Shown here in pieces: positions 43,613 through 53,753 of a stretch of 64,000 bases of DNA; the first letter of the stretch is position 1, and each line of letters opens with the position of its first letter. Where the stretch lies: positions 64,001-128,000 of the forward strand of contig JANOSY010000024.1 in the NCBI GenBank assembly GCA_031416075.1. Direction: 5' to 3'. The notes beneath the pieces were generated by a model. It was not told where the DNA came from and searched no databases. It worked only from the letters and a program-made list of their open reading frames with translations. The translations under genes and the position numbers were made by a program. Source of the DNA: Candidatus Tenderia sp. (GTDB lineage Bacteria > Pseudomonadota > Gammaproteobacteria > Tenderiales > Tenderiaceae).

Positions 43613-45593
43613 GTTTTTCAGACTCTTTTTCAGAGCCCCCTTCCGGCTGCGGCTCTGTTTTACGGAACCATTTGCGATACACAAAGAAACCGATCAGTGA
43701 CAAAAGGACGTTTACACCAACCACCTTAAGCCCGACCATCATCCAGTTGGGTGACTCATCGTCTGCTGTCTGTTCATCAGCAGGTTCATCGCTGCTGGCC
43801 GCATCGGCATGTTCTGGTGCGGCATCCTTGTGGTGTTCGCCTGCCGGGGGGGCGTGATCAGCAGCAGCTGCATGTTCAGCAGGCGGTGTGCCCTGTTCTG
43901 CTGTTGCGGAAGGTGTTGCGTGCTCTGCCACCGCACCATCTGTATCAGTGGCTGTAGGGTGATCCACTACTGGGACCGGGAGCTCAATCTTGGGCTTGGC
44001 CACGGCTGGTGTACCCTGTGGCGCATCCTGCGCTCCTGCCCCCATAAGGTAGGTACCCAGATCAGAGGCAATCTTCTGCCCATTGGCCCGCTCAGCCTGA
44101 ATCGACAACGCCACCTCATAGCGGTCACCACTACGAACATCCATATCCAGACGCCACTCATTAGGCCCCGCCCTGGGAATGGTCAACTCCGTAGTCGCTC
44201 CACCTATTTTTGTCGCCTTGGCAGAGATCACCAGCGACTCTGGTTTGATCAATTCAGAATAGGGGATCAACGTCAGTGAGTACTGGGAGGGGTCACCTTT
44301 GCTCACCTCCTTCACACTCACCGCTACCGGTTTATCCACCACCTGCACCAGATAACGTTTTGACCGTTTAAAGGTGGTGCCATTAACCACCAGCTCATAA
44401 TCATACTCACCCACACGCAGATCACCGCCCACTGCACCGCTAAAACGGCCATCACGGGCAGTAGTATCCTCGCCCTTGCCGTTATCATCCAGGGGGACAC
44501 GTTGCTCCAGGGTACTTTGGTAGTTACGATTCAGCGCCGTGGTAACAAAGTCGAGAAACTGCGGTTTGTTGATGATCTTGTCTTTGTTATGAAGCTCAAC
44601 AAAATAGGGTAGACGATCACCACTCATCATCATGTTAGGCAGGCGGCTGGCCCGTACATTTAAATCTGTCACAATCATCACACGATTATCGGGATCAAGC
44701 TCCGCATTGACCTGCCACTCACCCGCCATCGGCTTATCGATGGTGATCAGGTCGTAACGATCTTCCCGTTGCCACTGCACGCCGTCCGGCTTATTCTGCG
44801 GATCAATCTCTTTACCGTCCGGCATCTTGAGCGAGGCGCTCTTTACCCCCTCCTTACGGAATACCAGCATGGTCAACTCATTCACCGAGTTATCCACCAA
44901 CACTTTATTACCGACCAGTGGCAGTGACTCAACCGGCACTGCCTTCTCGAACATCCGCAAAAATACCCGCTCCAGCTCAGCGGCGCTGCCCACCTCTTCA
45001 TAACGGCCCGAGGTGGCCGCCGAGAGTTGCCGTAAAAAGGGTTTATCTGCTTCGCCCGACAGGGCCACCGTGTGAATAATGACGCCGTTATTTTTCATCC
45101 GCGTCAGCATCTCACCCAGAATACGGCCACGGGCTGCCTGATCCACGGCCTCATCCTTTGACATATCAAGCATGCCATCGGTTAAAAAGATGATGTGGCG
45201 GCTGGTTTTTGGATCAGGTTTGTTCCAATCCCAGGTGGAGTCCTTAAGCACACCTTCAATGTTGGTATATTTCCCCGAAGAGTTAATCGCCTTAGCCGCC
45301 CCCTTGGCCTTGGCCTTCCATGCCTGATTGACCTCTCCGCTGGGCACCAACATATTGACGAACTCACCAAAGGTCCAGACCCCGGCCTTGGTCCCCTCAG
45401 GCAGCAGTTGTGTCACCAGCTTCAAGGCTGGCACACGCAGGTTCTGAGGGTCATTTTTTTTCATACTGCCAGAGATATCGATCAATACACGAACATCGGT
45501 CACCGGCTGTTTACCACCCAATGCCTGCTCGGCATAGGTAGAACTCACGCCTAGCAGCATGAGGAAAAATAAGACAATAAGCGTAGATCGCAT
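43605..45593 (-). CDS. Exported vWA-domain protein with C-terminal membrane anchor (TIGR03503-like)
   Basis: Signal peptide, MIDAS DISGS...T...LTDG, His/Ala/Pro-rich stalk, C-terminal TM followed by RKWFRK. Confidence 0.85.
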   Translation of the reverse strand: MRSTLIVLFFLMLLGVSSTYAEQALGGKQPVTDVRVLIDISGSMKKNDPQNLRVPALKLVTQLLPEGTKAGVWTFGEFVNMLVPSGEVNQAWKAKAKGAAKAINSSGKYTNIEGVLKDSTWDWNKPDPKTSRHIIFLTDGMLDMSKDEAVDQAARGRILGEMLTRMKNNGVIIHTVALSGEADKPFLRQLSAATSGRYEEVGSAAELERVFLRMFEKAVPVESLPLVGNKVLVDNSVNELTMLVFRKEGVKSASLKMPDGKEIDPQNKPDGVQWQREDRYDLITIDKPMAGEWQVNAELDPDNRVMIVTDLNVRASRLPNMMMSGDRLPYFVELHNKDKIINKPQFLDFVTTALNRNYQSTLEQRVPLDDNGKGEDTTARDGRFSGAVGGDLRVGEYDYELVVNGTTFKRSKRYLVQVVDKPVAVSVKEVSKGDPSQYSLTLIPYSELIKPESLVISAKATKIGGATTELTIPRAGPNEWRLDMDVRSGDRYEVALSIQAERANGQKIASDLGTYLMGAGAQDAPQGTPAVAKPKIELPVPVVDHPTATDTDGAVAEHATPSATAEQGTPPAEHAAAADHAPPAGEHHKDAAPEHADAASSDEPADEQTADDESPNWMMVGLKVVGVNVLLSLIGFFVYRKWFRKTEPQPEGGSEKESEKHD

Positions 45594-45681
45594 AACAACA
45601 CCCCGAACTGATCCGTGTCTTGGCAATATTAATCATCCCAAATACCGGCAGATTCACTCTGCACAATAGCCAGCAATGAGT

Positions 45682-45708
45682 CTATCGACCTGTATGAACA
45701 ATGCTTTA
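45682..45708 (-). promoter_or_regulatory. Sigma28-like promoter upstream of the vWA operon
   Basis: TAAAGCAT-N11-GTCGATAG, the best match in the window. Confidence 0.65.
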
Positions 45709-45862
45709 TATCAACCTGACAACGTTACAGCCGACCACCATCTATCCTCATATCAAAGTAACAACGTAATAAATCACAAACTTTATGCTCATGAAAAACC
45801 CCAACCTTCCGAAAACAGTGGAGCCATATTTAAAAAATTAAGCGGTAATCTGGAGAGTTGTA

Positions 45863-47497
45863 ATGAGTGTAAAAATCAGCACCCGCGTTGGGGTAATTTT
45901 TGCCGGCATCGCGGTAATGTTATTGTCATGTGGCGGTGCCGGGTACTACGGGGCAAAAAAACTCGCCGACGGGTTGCAGTACATCACCACCATTGCTTGG
46001 GATGCCTCTGATGGTGCCATGGAGGGGATCATTCACATTCAGAAACAGATCATTCACCTCAACCATCTGGCTAATACTACCGACGAGGACGAAGCAAAAC
46101 AGATAATCGCAGAAATTGCAGAAGAGGAAACCATCGCTGACAAGGCCTTAACCCTCATGGCGGCCACCGGTCTTATCGAAAAAGGGCTGTTAAATCAGCT
46201 GGAGAGTGCCCGCAGCTCCTTTGCCAATACCCGCAACGAGTCGCTAAGTGCCTACGCCAACTATCGCAGCAGCCCCGACGACGAAACCAGCGCCACCATG
46301 GCTGAAGTCAACAAACGTCTGCTATCCAACTCATCAACATTGCTGGCGCTGCTGACTAAACTGGAGGCAACGGGTACCAGTAAGGTAACAGAGTTCTCCG
46401 ACAAAACAGCTACCATCCAGGCCGAGGCCTACAGCGCCATCTTCATCAGCGCAACCATGGGGATACTACTCACCCTCATTGCCTATATTGTCATCATCAA
46501 ATCAATTGTCACCCCCATCCGTAACATGGGAAAACAGTTTCTGGCACTGGCGGAAGGTGACGGTGACCTCACCACCACCATGTCGGTCATCCATGACGAT
46601 GAAATCGGTGATGTGAACCGTGGTTTCAACCTGTTTATAGGTAAAATAAAAACATCCATCCAGCAAGTTATCACATCATCGGGCGAGCTCGGTTTAGCAA
46701 CGGGCAGGCTGACACAGATCAGCAACGACACAACAGATAACCTGAGCCAGCAGCAGCAGGAGACTGAACAGGTAGCGACTGCCATGAATGAGATGGTTGC
46801 CACAGTACAAGAGGTAGCACGGAACGTCAGTGATGCTGCCGATGCGGCAAATGCGGCAAACCGCGAGGCCGCTAACGGCAAACAGATTGTTGTCAACTCC
46901 ATCAAAGAGATCAACGCCCTGGCTGCCGAGGTACGCCAGGCTGCCGAGGTGATGAAACGGCTGGAAAAGGACAGCGACAACATCGGCAGCGTGCTCAGCG
47001 TGATTAAAGAGATTGCTGACCAGACAAACCTGTTGGCACTGAATGCCGCCATAGAGGCCGCCCGCGCAGGAGAACAGGGCCGTGGTTTTGCCGTGGTGGC
47101 CGATGAGGTCCGCACACTCGCCAGTCGTACCCAGAAATCAACCGAAGAGATCCAGAAAATGATCGAACGGCTACAGTCCGGCACTCATGAAGCCGTCAGC
47201 GTGATGGAACGTGGTCAAAAACGGGCGCAATCGAGTGTTGATCAGGCAAACAATGCGGGCACCGCACTGGAATCGATCACCGCCGCCGTCGTCACCATCT
47301 CACAGATGACCACCCAGATTGCCAGTGCCGCAGAGGAGCAGAACGCTGTCGCCGAAGAGGTCAACAACAGCATCATTAACATCAGTAACATGTCCCAGCA
47401 ATCCAGTACCAGCGCAGGGGAAATAACATCATCCACCCAGCAACTTGGACTGCTTGCCAAACAGCTCAACAATGTAGTGATTCAGTTCCGGGTATAA
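45863..47497 (+). CDS. Methyl-accepting chemotaxis protein
   Basis: TM-periplasmic helical domain-TM-HAMP architecture; [31 protein letters not shown] tip. Confidence 0.96.
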   Translation: MSVKISTRVGVIFAGIAVMLLSCGGAGYYGAKKLADGLQYITTIAWDASDGAMEGIIHIQKQIIHLNHLANTTDEDEAKQIIAEIAEEETIADKALTLMAATGLIEKGLLNQLESARSSFANTRNESLSAYANYRSSPDDETSATMAEVNKRLLSNSSTLLALLTKLEATGTSKVTEFSDKTATIQAEAYSAIFISATMGILLTLIAYIVIIKSIVTPIRNMGKQFLALAEGDGDLTTTMSVIHDDEIGDVNRGFNLFIGKIKTSIQQVITSSGELGLATGRLTQISNDTTDNLSQQQQETEQVATAMNEMVATVQEVARNVSDAADAANAANREAANGKQIVVNSIKEINALAAEVRQAAEVMKRLEKDSDNIGSVLSVIKEIADQTNLLALNAAIEAARAGEQGRGFAVVADEVRTLASRTQKSTEEIQKMIERLQSGTHEAVSVMERGQKRAQSSVDQANNAGTALESITAAVVTISQMTTQIASAAEEQNAVAEEVNNSIINISNMSQQSSTSAGEITSSTQQLGLLAKQLNNVVIQFRV

Positions 47498-47514
47498 GAA
47501 GGGTTACAAATGAG

Positions 47515-47551
47515 GCGGGTGATCACTCGCAGAGCAGTCACCGGCTTTTTT
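47515..47551 (+). terminator. Possible intrinsic terminator after the MCP gene
   Basis: GCGGGTGAT...GTCACCGGC imperfect stem followed by TTTTTT. Confidence 0.5.
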
Positions 47552-49733
47552 ATTGCGGTTTGTGCAGTATCCAACAGACATGGATGCGCGGGTTACGGGC
47601 GTAATCCCGTGGAATGGTCGCCGCACTCATCTCCTCTACCACCACCCCTGTATCCGCCAGCGCCTCCCCATCAAAACGGAATCGCCGGTTATTATTGGAG
47701 AAAACCAGCACCCCACCCGGCTGTAACAGTTTAATGGCATGACGCAGCAGCTCAACATGATCACGCTGCACATCAAAGGCCTGCTGCATCCGCTTAGAAC
47801 TGGAGAAGGTGGGGGGGTCAAGGAAAATCAGCCCATAACGCCGGCCCCACGGACTACTGGCCTGCTCCGCCAGCCACTGCAAACAATCCGCCTGCACAAA
47901 ATGGTGGTCACGCCCCTTGAACCCATTCAAGGCCATGTTGCGCTTGGCCCAATCGAGATAGGTATTGGACATGTCAATCGTGGTTGTACTCTTCGCCCCG
48001 CCCGCCGCCGCGTATACCGTACCTGCGCCGGTATACGCAAAAAGATTAAGAAAGTCCCGATCATTCGCCCAGCCGCGCAACTTCTGGCGGGTAATGCGGT
48101 GATCCAAAAAGAGCCCTGTATCGATATAGTCACTGAAATTGACCAGAAACGTCAGGCCACTCTCCATCACCTCATGAAACTCTTTTCTGTCGGCCTGTTT
48201 TTCATACTGTGACACCCCTTTCTGACGCTGACGCACCTTGAGAAACATCTGCTCATAAGGGATATCCAATATCGAGGGGATCACTGCCAGCGCCTCTTTC
48301 AACCTAGTGGTGGCCTTCTGTTCGTCAACCGTTTTAGGCGCCTCATACTCCTGCACATGGACCCAACACGTTTCACCCTGGTAGAGATCAATGGCAAGGT
48401 TATACTCCGGCATGTCGGCATCGTAGAGTCGATAACAGCTGATCGCTTCCCGCTCCGCCCAACGACCCAGCTCCTTCAGGTTTTTACGCAGGCGATTGGC
48501 CAGCATCTCTGCCCCCGGCCCCAGGGACTCAAGCTTGGCGGGGCGCGGCCCGCCCCCCAGCGTGATGTACCACTGTGGATCAAGCTCAAAACGCAGCAAC
48601 TTACACTCCAGCGCGCCATTAAACATATTGTGGGTATGGCGGGCACGAATCCCCATCTGCTTGGCCAGCTCCGGGTTGCCCGTCAGCACCACCGCGCGCC
48701 AGCCGGTGAAATGGGTTTTTAAGCGGCTGCCCAACTGGGCATACAGCGGCATCAGTTCAGCCTCCTGACCGAGACGCTCACCATAAGGGGGATTAACCGC
48801 CAACAACCCAGGCATCACGCCCACTGGCGGTGCCAACTCAGCGGCATCACGGCGAACAATACGAATGTAATCCTCCAACCCTGCCGCCGTCACGTTAGCC
48901 TGCGCGGCAGAGACGGCTCGTGGGTCAATATCGTAACCGTAGATGGGTGGCAGCTTATCGATCCCACCGCTACGCCGCACTTGCGCCTCATCGACCAGCC
49001 GCTGCCATACATCTGCGTCATGCTGACGCCAGGCGAAAAACCCGTAGTGATCCCGCAACAGCCCCGGGGCGATGTCTGCCGCAATCATGGCCGCCTCAAT
49101 GACAAACGTGCCCGAACCACACATTGGATCAAAAAACGCCCCCCCCTGAGCCGCCACCTCTGGCCAGCCGGCCCGCAACAGAATGGCGGCTGCCAGGTTC
49201 TCCTTCAAAGGGGCAGTCACCGTTTCAACCCGATAGTGGCGGCGGTGCAGGCTTTCGCCCGACAGATCAAGGCTGATGGTCAATTCGTCACGATGAAGGT
49301 GAGCATTAATGCGGATATCCGGCTGTTCCAGATTGACCGAAGGGCGCTCCCCCGTGGCAAGACGGAACTGATCAACAATTCCATCCTTGATCTTAAGCGC
49401 GCCAAACTGGGTGTGGCGAATGGCGTCAGAACGACCAGTAAAGTCCACAGCAAAAGTAGCATGAACATCAAAATGGCGCTGCCAATCGATGGTCTGCACA
49501 CCGGCATACAGCGTCTCTTCAGACGACACTGCAAACGTGGCCAGTGGCAACAATACCCGGCCGGCGGTGCGTGACCAGAGGCAGACCCGATAAGCCGTCT
49601 CCATCGAACCGGTAAACTCAACACCCGCAGGCTGTTCACGCACAGAGCCAGCACCAAGCAGTGTCAACTCAGTTAGTAGAGAGGCCACCATGCCTTTAGG
49701 CACGGTGGCAAAAAATTGCAGTGGGGTGTCCAT
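47550..49733 (-). CDS. rlmKL: Bifunctional 23S rRNA methyltransferase RlmKL
   Basis: THUMP domain, APLKENLAA, DPMCGSGT and NPPYGERL; second MTase with DTGLFLDHR, LNLFAYTG and DPPTFS. Confidence 0.96.
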   Translation of the reverse strand: MDTPLQFFATVPKGMVASLLTELTLLGAGSVREQPAGVEFTGSMETAYRVCLWSRTAGRVLLPLATFAVSSEETLYAGVQTIDWQRHFDVHATFAVDFTGRSDAIRHTQFGALKIKDGIVDQFRLATGERPSVNLEQPDIRINAHLHRDELTISLDLSGESLHRRHYRVETVTAPLKENLAAAILLRAGWPEVAAQGGAFFDPMCGSGTFVIEAAMIAADIAPGLLRDHYGFFAWRQHDADVWQRLVDEAQVRRSGGIDKLPPIYGYDIDPRAVSAAQANVTAAGLEDYIRIVRRDAAELAPPVGVMPGLLAVNPPYGERLGQEAELMPLYAQLGSRLKTHFTGWRAVVLTGNPELAKQMGIRARHTHNMFNGALECKLLRFELDPQWYITLGGGPRPAKLESLGPGAEMLANRLRKNLKELGRWAEREAISCYRLYDADMPEYNLAIDLYQGETCWVHVQEYEAPKTVDEQKATTRLKEALAVIPSILDIPYEQMFLKVRQRQKGVSQYEKQADRKEFHEVMESGLTFLVNFSDYIDTGLFLDHRITRQKLRGWANDRDFLNLFAYTGAGTVYAAAGGAKSTTTIDMSNTYLDWAKRNMALNGFKGRDHHFVQADCLQWLAEQASSPWGRRYGLIFLDPPTFSSSKRMQQAFDVQRDHVELLRHAIKLLQPGGVLVFSNNNRRFRFDGEALADTGVVVEEMSAATIPRDYARNPRIHVCWILHKPQ

Positions 49734-49786
49734 GAGATTTGCCTTTGTCAGGCAGAGCTGACCTACTGAATAACTAGCGGTAGAAA

Positions 49787-51007
49787 CTAGCCGTGATAGC
49801 GCTGAAAAACGAGACAGGCATTGGTGCCGCCAAAACCAAAACTGTTGGACAGCACTGTGTTGATCTCAACGTTGTGTCTGGCCTCAAGTAGAATCGGCAT
49901 ACCGTCAGCCGACTGGTCAAGATTATCGATATTCGCCGAGGCAGCCAAAAAACCGTGCTGCATCATCAGCAAAGAATAGATCGCCTCATTCACACCGGCA
50001 GCACCCAAGGCGTGGCCTGTGAGTGACTTGGTAGAGCTAATAGCCGGGATCACGCCCTCACCAAACACCGCACGAATCGCTTCCAGCTCCTTCATATCAC
50101 CGGCAGGTGTGCTGGTACCGTGGGCATTAATATAGTCTACGTTTCCACTCACCCCCTCCAGCGCCAGACGCATACAGCGGGCCGCCCCTTCACCTGAGGG
50201 TTGAACCATGTCAAAACCGTCAGACGTGGCACCATATCCCACCAACTCAGCATAGATCCTGGCACCACGGGCCTGAGCATGCTCCAGCGCCTCAAGCACC
50301 AACAGGCCGCCACCACCAGAGATGACAAAACCATCACGCTCAGCATCATAAGCACGCGAAGCCTTAGCGGGGGTATCGTTATACTTGGACGAGAGCGCAC
50401 CCATAGCGTCAAACATCATGGAACCTTCCCAGCCCAGCTCCTCACCGCCACCGGCAAACACAACATCCTGCTTGCCCAGCTGGATCTGCTCCATTGCGTT
50501 ACCTATGCAGTGGGCGCTGGTAGAGCATGCAGAGCTAATGGAGTAGTTAATACCCTTAATCTTAAAGGCCGTGGCCAGGTTAGCCGACGTGGTGCTGCCC
50601 ATGGTCTTGGGCACCATATAGGGACCCACACGACGAATACCCTTCTCACGCAAGATATCAGCCGCCGCAACTGTGCTGGCATGGGAAGCGCCACCAGACC
50701 CCACAATCAAACCTGCGCGGGGATTAGAGACTTGCTCTTCACTCAGCCCCGCATCCTCGATAGCCTGCTGCATAGCAATATAGCTAAAAGCGGCTGCATC
50801 ACCCATAAAACGGCGCTGCTTACGCTCAATCAGTACCTCAGTATCAATGTGTATGGCCCCATGAACATGGGAGCGAAACCCCATCTCGGCATATTGAGGG
50901 GCAAACTCGATACCGGAACGACCGGTTCTAAGCGCATCAACAACCTCATGCTGATTGTTACCAATGCTGGAAACAATTCCGACTCCTGTGACAACTACAC
51001 GTCTCAC
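49787..51007 (-). CDS. fabB: 3-oxoacyl-ACP synthase I
   Basis: SSACSTS, NAHGTST and [10 protein letters not shown] motifs; follows fabA. Confidence 0.96.
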   Translation of the reverse strand: MRRVVVTGVGIVSSIGNNQHEVVDALRTGRSGIEFAPQYAEMGFRSHVHGAIHIDTEVLIERKQRRFMGDAAAFSYIAMQQAIEDAGLSEEQVSNPRAGLIVGSGGASHASTVAAADILREKGIRRVGPYMVPKTMGSTTSANLATAFKIKGINYSISSACSTSAHCIGNAMEQIQLGKQDVVFAGGGEELGWEGSMMFDAMGALSSKYNDTPAKASRAYDAERDGFVISGGGGLLVLEALEHAQARGARIYAELVGYGATSDGFDMVQPSGEGAARCMRLALEGVSGNVDYINAHGTSTPAGDMKELEAIRAVFGEGVIPAISSTKSLTGHALGAAGVNEAIYSLLMMQHGFLAASANIDNLDQSADGMPILLEARHNVEINTVLSNSFGFGGTNACLVFQRYHG

Positions 51008-51018
51008 CGGTCACACCC

Positions 51019-51534
51019 TCACATATTTTCAGTGGAAGTAAATAAGCCAACTCGCAAATCTTTAGCAGTGTAAATCACCTTGCCATCAACTTCCATTTCA
51101 GCATCACCTACTCCCATAAACAACTTACGCATAATGACCCTATTCATGTCGATACGATAGGTCACCAACCTCTTTTCAGGGGTCACCTGACCACGAAAGC
51201 CCACTTCACCCACACCCAGGGCACGACCACGGCCCGGACCACCACACCAACCCAGGAAAAAACCGATCAACTGCCACATCGCATCCAGTCCCAGACACCC
51301 CGGCATGACCGGATCGCCCTGAAAATGGCAATCAAAAAACCAGAGGTCAGGGGTAATATCAAGCTCAGCGATAATCTGCCCCTTACCGTGGGTTCCCCCA
51401 TCCCGTGTAATCGAAGTGACACGATCAAACATCAGCATCGGCGGCAGTGGCAATTGTGCATTGCCCAGACCAAACAGTTCACCTCGCCCACAGCTCAGTA
51501 ACTCATCCCGTGTATAACTATTTTTTGTCTGCAT
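51019..51534 (-). CDS. fabA: 3-hydroxyacyl-ACP dehydratase/isomerase
   Basis: [11 protein letters not shown] and [20 protein letters not shown] motifs. Confidence 0.96.
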   Translation of the reverse strand: MQTKNSYTRDELLSCGRGELFGLGNAQLPLPPMLMFDRVTSITRDGGTHGKGQIIAELDITPDLWFFDCHFQGDPVMPGCLGLDAMWQLIGFFLGWCGGPGRGRALGVGEVGFRGQVTPEKRLVTYRIDMNRVIMRKLFMGVGDAEMEVDGKVIYTAKDLRVGLFTSTENM

Positions 51535-51743
51535 GACTTTCTGTTTTTCTATCGTTTTTGGAGTTCCGCAGAGCCAAGATAGCGACAATCGCAGACCATG
51601 ACTAAAACAACCCCCACCCAAAGATTAAATGACCGCAAATGGTAGCAGAAACGCTCATTTGGCAAGGCGCACATTAACAGAAACATTATTAATGAGCAAA
51701 ATGATTAAAAATACAACAAGTTACAAAAAAACAACATGGCATA

Positions 51744-52454
51744 TCATGCAACTTTACATAACTCTACAACCTCCGCCACCCCCTCCTCTTTCACCCGCCA
51801 ACGCACGTCCAAATCGTACAGACAGATACCGAATACCCGTTCAGGCTCAATACGACGGTTATATGCAGGACGCGGATCGAGGCTGATCACCGATTCAATC
51901 AAATCAGCCAACCCCGGCCAGCGCTGCTCATGTTGAGCACAGCTCTTTTGGGCCTCAGCACTAAAATCCACTTTTAGTACACTACGAGGTGGCTCCTGTG
52001 CATAACCCGCCTTCGCGTCAACAATACAATCCGCATAAGGCAGATAGGGTTTAATATCCAGAACAGGCGTCCCTTCAACCAAATCGAGTCCCGAAACCCG
52101 CAGGTGTATCCTCCCCCGATATTGAACAATCTCATCCAACGCGACCACCGACAATCCAATGGGGTTGGGACGATGTGTGGCCCGGGTAGCAAATACACCC
52201 AGCTTTTTATTCCCCCCCAGTCGTGGTGGCCGCACGCTCAGGCGCTTATCACTTTCAAGACAGTGATGAAATACAAAACTGATCCAGAGATGGGAAAATG
52301 CCTCAAGCCCGGCAACAGCCTCAGCACGATCGTAAGGAGGAAAAAGCTCAATTTCACCTCGTGCACCAACAATCAACCCTGGCTGACGAGGTACTCCGAA
52401 TTTATCTTTAAAGCAGGAGTGGACTATCCCAATCGTGTTAAAACTATAATGCAA
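51744..52454 (-). CDS. tsaA: tRNA (N6-threonylcarbamoyladenosine(37)-N6)-methyltransferase TrmO
   Basis: KFGVPRQPG, VRPPRLGG, GVFATR..HRPNPIG and TPVLDIKPY motifs. Confidence 0.95.
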   Translation of the reverse strand: MHYSFNTIGIVHSCFKDKFGVPRQPGLIVGARGEIELFPPYDRAEAVAGLEAFSHLWISFVFHHCLESDKRLSVRPPRLGGNKKLGVFATRATHRPNPIGLSVVALDEIVQYRGRIHLRVSGLDLVEGTPVLDIKPYLPYADCIVDAKAGYAQEPPRSVLKVDFSAEAQKSCAQHEQRWPGLADLIESVISLDPRPAYNRRIEPERVFGICLYDLDVRWRVKEEGVAEVVELCKVA

Positions 52455-52468
52455 TCAGGAACCTCACC

Positions 52469-52497
52469 AAAAACGAAGGGCCGCCGTGGCGACCCTT
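52469..52497 (-). terminator. Intrinsic terminator after the small membrane-peptide ORF
   Basis: Minus strand AAGGGTCGCC-AC-GGCGGCCCTT-CGTTTTT. Confidence 0.7.
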
Positions 52498-52540
52498 AAA
52501 AAATCATAGAGAAGTATCTACACCAAACAAAATAACCGTG

Positions 52541-52642
52541 TCACATCAGCATTTTGCCAAAAAAACCGACAATCAGCAAAATTACTGCGGCCCCCACAAC
52601 AATGATCATATCATCATCACCTGCACTACGCTGTTCAACCAT
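52541..52642 (-). CDS. Putative 33-aa single-pass small membrane protein (absent from the ORF track)
   Basis: AGGAG RBS 8 nt before ATG; MVEQRSAGDDDMIIVVGAAVILLIVGFFGKMLM; downstream terminator. Confidence 0.65.
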   Translation of the reverse strand: MVEQRSAGDDDMIIVVGAAVILLIVGFFGKMLM

Positions 52643-52772
52643 ATATATACTCCTGTTTAAAGTATAAAAATTGGGAAAATGCCTTTAATGCCTGGGAAAA
52701 ACCAACAACGCCCGTTAGAACAATAGTCAAGAAGTGAAAAATTACAAGGAAAGATCTATACAACGCTCACCG

Positions 52773-53699
52773 CTACCGCGGTCTTGAAGTGCCTATGGAT
52801 TCCAGCTCTTGCTGTAGCTCTTCGGCACTTTTGATGCTCATCCCCATTTGACGTGCAACTACATCATTTACCATTACAGAAAAATATTTTGGCGCAGAGC
52901 GCTGCATAACAGTGCCATAACATGGCCGTCCTAAACAGTTAACGATCTCTGCGGTCTGACGACCAATCTGCCCTGGTGTAGAGAACAACGCCAACATCGC
53001 CCCCGCCTTCAAGAATGATTCTGAATAAACAACCAACGGATGTTTATAACGAAAACTGGCCAGTAATACCTCCTGAACTACACGACGATTATAAAAAAAT
53101 GGATCCGGCAGAAGCAACATTACATCACTGTCGGCAGACATGTTTTTAAGCAGGCTCGACAACCGCTCACTCCCCATCAGGTCCCCAAAAATCATCTGCA
53201 ATTTAGTGGCATCGACAGTTTTTTTGAGCTCATCAATATAAAACGCCGACGTTTCACCGTGTAAATAAGCTATTGTGTTTATATCCGGCATGGCAGCACG
53301 TACAAGCTGCAAATAACGGCCGACCGGTTGATCTATATACAGTAGTTTGTGTTGTGGGCTCAGCATGCCATGTGCATCCAGCCACTGATAGCTGCTTAAA
53401 GGCAGCATCGTGTATAACACCGGTTTGTTTAGCAAATTGCGTGCAGCCACCACTTTGGCAGCGTCAACACCTGCAACAACAATGGCGCTGTACTGAGAAA
53501 AATCCAACCCATCAACATCATCTGCCGAACGAAAATCCAGCGCTTCCGCTGCTACGCTGTTCAGCGTACCTAACATGCCCTGTTGAAACTCCTGATAGAC
53601 CGGACTCTCCTGGCTTACAATTAGTAGCAGACGAGCATCAACATTGGCACTGAATAACAGTGCCAATGCTGTCGACAACATTAATCTCATCAACCACAT
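52773..53699 (-). CDS. ABC-type substrate-binding-like periplasmic protein
   Basis: Signal peptide; IDQP, LLLPDP and GAMLALFSTPGQIGRQ patterns of the ABC_sub_bind family. Confidence 0.75.
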   Translation of the reverse strand: MWLMRLMLSTALALLFSANVDARLLLIVSQESPVYQEFQQGMLGTLNSVAAEALDFRSADDVDGLDFSQYSAIVVAGVDAAKVVAARNLLNKPVLYTMLPLSSYQWLDAHGMLSPQHKLLYIDQPVGRYLQLVRAAMPDINTIAYLHGETSAFYIDELKKTVDATKLQMIFGDLMGSERLSSLLKNMSADSDVMLLLPDPFFYNRRVVQEVLLASFRYKHPLVVYSESFLKAGAMLALFSTPGQIGRQTAEIVNCLGRPCYGTVMQRSAPKYFSVMVNDVVARQMGMSIKSAEELQQELESIGTSRPR

Positions 53700-53753
53700 C
53701 GCCTAATTCACCCGCCTACGCTGACAACCGCCCCCACGGTTTCAACCATCTGC

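Noticed and set aside
45676-46011. 111-aa ORF overlapping the MCP start
   Set aside because: Overlaps promoter elements and the MCP in another frame; no protein-like features
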